NCBI GenBank assembly: GCA_030390025.1 | Contig: CM059433.1 | Span: 29,886,001 to 29,950,000 of the forward strand | Reading direction: 5' to 3' | Origin: Squalus acanthias | Taxonomy: Eukaryota | DNA length: 64,000 nucleotides | Shown: positions 61,101 to 64,000 of the stretch, piece by piece | Layout of the letters: each line of letters begins with the position of its first letter | How positions within the stretch are numbered: the first letter of the stretch is position 1 | The notes under the pieces: generated by a model | What the model was told of the DNA's origin: nothing | Database searches by the model: none | The model's input: only the letters and a program-made list of their open reading frames with translations | Translations under genes and position numbers: made by a program

Positions 61101-64000
61101 AACACAGAAATATTAAACAACACCAAAAAATACATCACAGAAATATACAACACAGAAATATACCTGAAACCAGAGATATGCAACAATACATAAATATACC
61201 ACAACACAGAAATATGCAACACAGAAATATATAACAACACAGAAATATACAAGAACACAGAAATATACCACAACACAGAAATATACCACAACACAGAAAT
61301 ATACCACAACACTGAAATATATAACATCACAGAAATATACAACAACACTGAAAATACAACAGAGAAATATAAAACAATGAAATATATAACACAGAAATAT
61401 ACAACACAGAAATATACAACACAGAAATATACCACAACACAGAAATATACAACACAGAACTCTACCATCAAACAGAAATATATTACACAGAAATATAGAA
61501 CTACACAGAAATATACAACACAGAAATATACAATGCAGAAATATACCGCAACACAGAAATATACAGCAACACAGAAATGAACAACAACACAGAAATATAC
61601 CACAACACAAAAAAATACAACAACACAGAAATGTACAGCAACACAGAAATATATAACAACACAGAAATATACAAGAACACAGAAATATACCACAACACAG
61701 AAATATACCACAACACTGAAATATACAACACAGAAATATAAAACAAAAGAAATATACAACACAGAAATATACCACAACACAGAAATATACAACAACACAG
61801 AAATATATAACAACACAGAAATATACAACAACACAGAAATGTACAACAACACATAAATATATAACAACACAGAAATATACAACAACACTGAAATATACAA
61901 CACAGAAATATAAAACAATGAAATATAAAACACAGAAATATACAACACAGAAATATACAACATAGAAATATACCAAAACACAGACATATACAACACAGAA
62001 CACTACCATCACACAGAAATATACAACACAGAAATATAGAACTACACCGAAATATACAACACAGAAATATACAATGCAGAAATATACCACAACACAGAAA
62101 TATACAGCAACACAGAAATGAACAACAACACAGAAATATACCACAACACAAAAATATACAACACAGAAATGTACAACAACACAGAAATATATCACAACAC
62201 TGAAATATACAACACAGAAATATAAAACAAATAAATATACAACACAGAAATATACCACAACACAGAAAAAGACAATAAGACTGAAATATACCACAAAACA
62301 GAAATATACAACACAGAAATATACCACAACACAGAAATATACAACAACACAGAAATATACAACAACAAAGAAATATACAACAACACTGAAATATACCACA
62401 ACACAGAAATGTACATCAACACACAAATATTCCACACAGGTATATACCACAACACCTAAATATACCACAACAGAGAAATATACAACACAGAACTATACCA
62501 TCACACAGAAATATACAACACAGAAATATACATCAACGCAGAAATATACCACAACACAGAAATATACAACAACACAGAAATATACAACAAAGAAATATAC
62601 AACACAGAAATATACCACAACACAGACATATACAACAATGCAGAAATATACAACACTGAAATATACAACACAGAAATATAAAACAATGAAATATATAACA
62701 CAGAAATATACAACACAGAAATATACCACAACACAGAAATATACAACACAGAAATATACCAAAACACAGACATATACAACACAGAACACTACCATCACAC
62801 AGAAATATACAACACAGAAATATAGAACTACACCGAAATGTACAAAACAGAAATATACAATGCAGAAATATACCACAACACAGAAATATACAGCAACACA
62901 GAAATGAACAACAACACAGAAATATACCACAACACAAAAATATACAACACAGAAATGTACAACAACACAGAAATATATAACAACACAGAAATATACAAGA
63001 ACACAGAAATGTACCACAACACAGAAATATACCACAACACAGAAATATACAACACAGAACACTACCATCACACAGAAATATACAACACAGAAATATAGAA
63101 CTACGCAGAAATATACAACACAGAAATATACAATGCAGAAATATACCACAACACAGAAATATACAACAACACAGAAATATACCACAACACAAAAATATAC
63201 AACAACACAGAAATGTACAGCAACACAGAAATATATAACAACACAGAAATATACAAGAACACAGAAATATACCACAACACCGAAATATACCACAACACAG
63301 AAATATACCACAACACTGAAATATACAACACAGAAATGTAAAACAAAGAAATATACAACACAGAAATATACAACAACACAGAAATGTACAACAACACAGA
63401 AATATATAACAACACAGAAATATACAACAACACAGAAATGTACAACAACACATAAATATATAACAACACAGAAATATACAACAACACTGAAATATACAAC
63501 ACAGAAATATAAAGCAATGAAATATATAACACAGAAATATACAACACAGAAATATACAACACAGAAATATACCAAAACACAGACATATACAACACAGAAC
63601 ACTACCATCACACAGAAATATACAACACAGAAATATAGAACTACGCCAAAATATACAACACAGAAATATACAATGCAGAAATATACCACAACACAGAAAT
63701 ATACAGCAACACAGAACTGAACAACAACACAGAAATATACCACAACACAAAAATATACAACACAGAAATGTACAACAACACAGAAATATATAACAACACA
63801 GAAATATACAAGAACACAGAAATGTACCACAACACTGAAATATACAACACAGAAATATAAAACAAAGAAATATACAACTACGCAAAAATATACAACACAG
63901 AAATATGCCACAACACAGAAACATACAACACAGAAATACAACACAGAAATATACAACACAGAAATATACCACAACACAGAAAAATACAACAACACAGAAA
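58190..64000 (+). repeat. Tandem duplication with ~3127-bp period
   Basis: Offsets 59065/62192, 59374/62501, 59511/62638 and 59974/63101. Shared rare variants (AAAGACAATAAG, CAGGTATATA, AACTACGCC). The start is approximate. Confidence 0.85.

Larger units (their letters stand above)
1..64000 (+). repeat. Satellite/minisatellite array of mixed 15-bp (AACACAGAAATATAC) and 18-bp ([A/C]ACAACACAGAAATATAC) monomers
   Basis: The core ACACAGAAATATAC recurs head-to-tail through the whole window with point variants (ATGTAC, ACTGAAA, ATATGC, AAAGAAA). The orientation never changes. The + strand is very A-rich and G-poor (15-mer = 9A, 3C, 2T, 1G). Confidence 0.99.
40211..64000 (+). repeat. Insert-free, more diverged satellite domain with local higher-order duplications
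   Basis: There is no GC-rich insert after 39746. Variant monomers are denser (e.g. ATAAAACAATG, CCTGAAACCAGAGATATGC, AACTACGCAAAA). The boundary position is approximate. Confidence 0.9.

Noticed and set aside
196..64000. Hundreds of ORFs encoding NTEIY, QKYTT, HRNIQ, YISVL, VYFCV and CCIFL repeats (up to 1137 aa)
   Set aside because: They are artefacts of 3n-length, stop-free monomers. They are open in all six frames at once, switch repeat frame mid-ORF, and their stops and frameshifts are copied without constraint.
346..64000. Telomeric repeat (minus strand TG-rich, TGTGTTGTGG)
   Set aside because: There are no TTAGGG-type G-runs, and monomer variants are inherited in higher-order blocks rather than re-templated. 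A subtelomeric location remains possible.

Overview
This window contains no credible protein-coding, rRNA, tRNA or CRISPR feature. It is a eukaryotic satellite/minisatellite array of interspersed 15-bp (AACACAGAAATATAC) and 18-bp (AACAACACAGAAATATAC / CACAACACAGAAATATAC) monomers, all on the same strand. Because both lengths are multiples of 3, the array produces the hundreds of NTEIY/QKYTT/YISVL/VYFCV ORFs in the track. The window has two domains. (1) 1 to ~40.2 kb is a young, highly homogeneous composite macrosatellite that has captured two GC/CpG-rich transposon-like inserts. Element B (891 bp, 5 copies) has 16-bp terminal inverted repeats, a 3-bp ATA target-site duplication and empty sites visible elsewhere in the array, consistent with a PIF/Harbinger-type MITE. 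Element A (367 bp, 23 copies) is hairpin-rich and ends in a related TIR-like terminus, probably one end of a second MITE. Both were amplified passively in nested units: 15/18 bp, then 808/1237 bp, then 6.2-9.1 kb. (2) ~40.2-64 kb is insert-free, more diverged satellite with its own 0.2-4.5 kb higher-order duplications and a 200-N assembly gap. Variants among insert copies are enriched for CpG transitions, suggesting a methylated, vertebrate-like genome (inference). All alignments were done by eye; family assignments need database searches.
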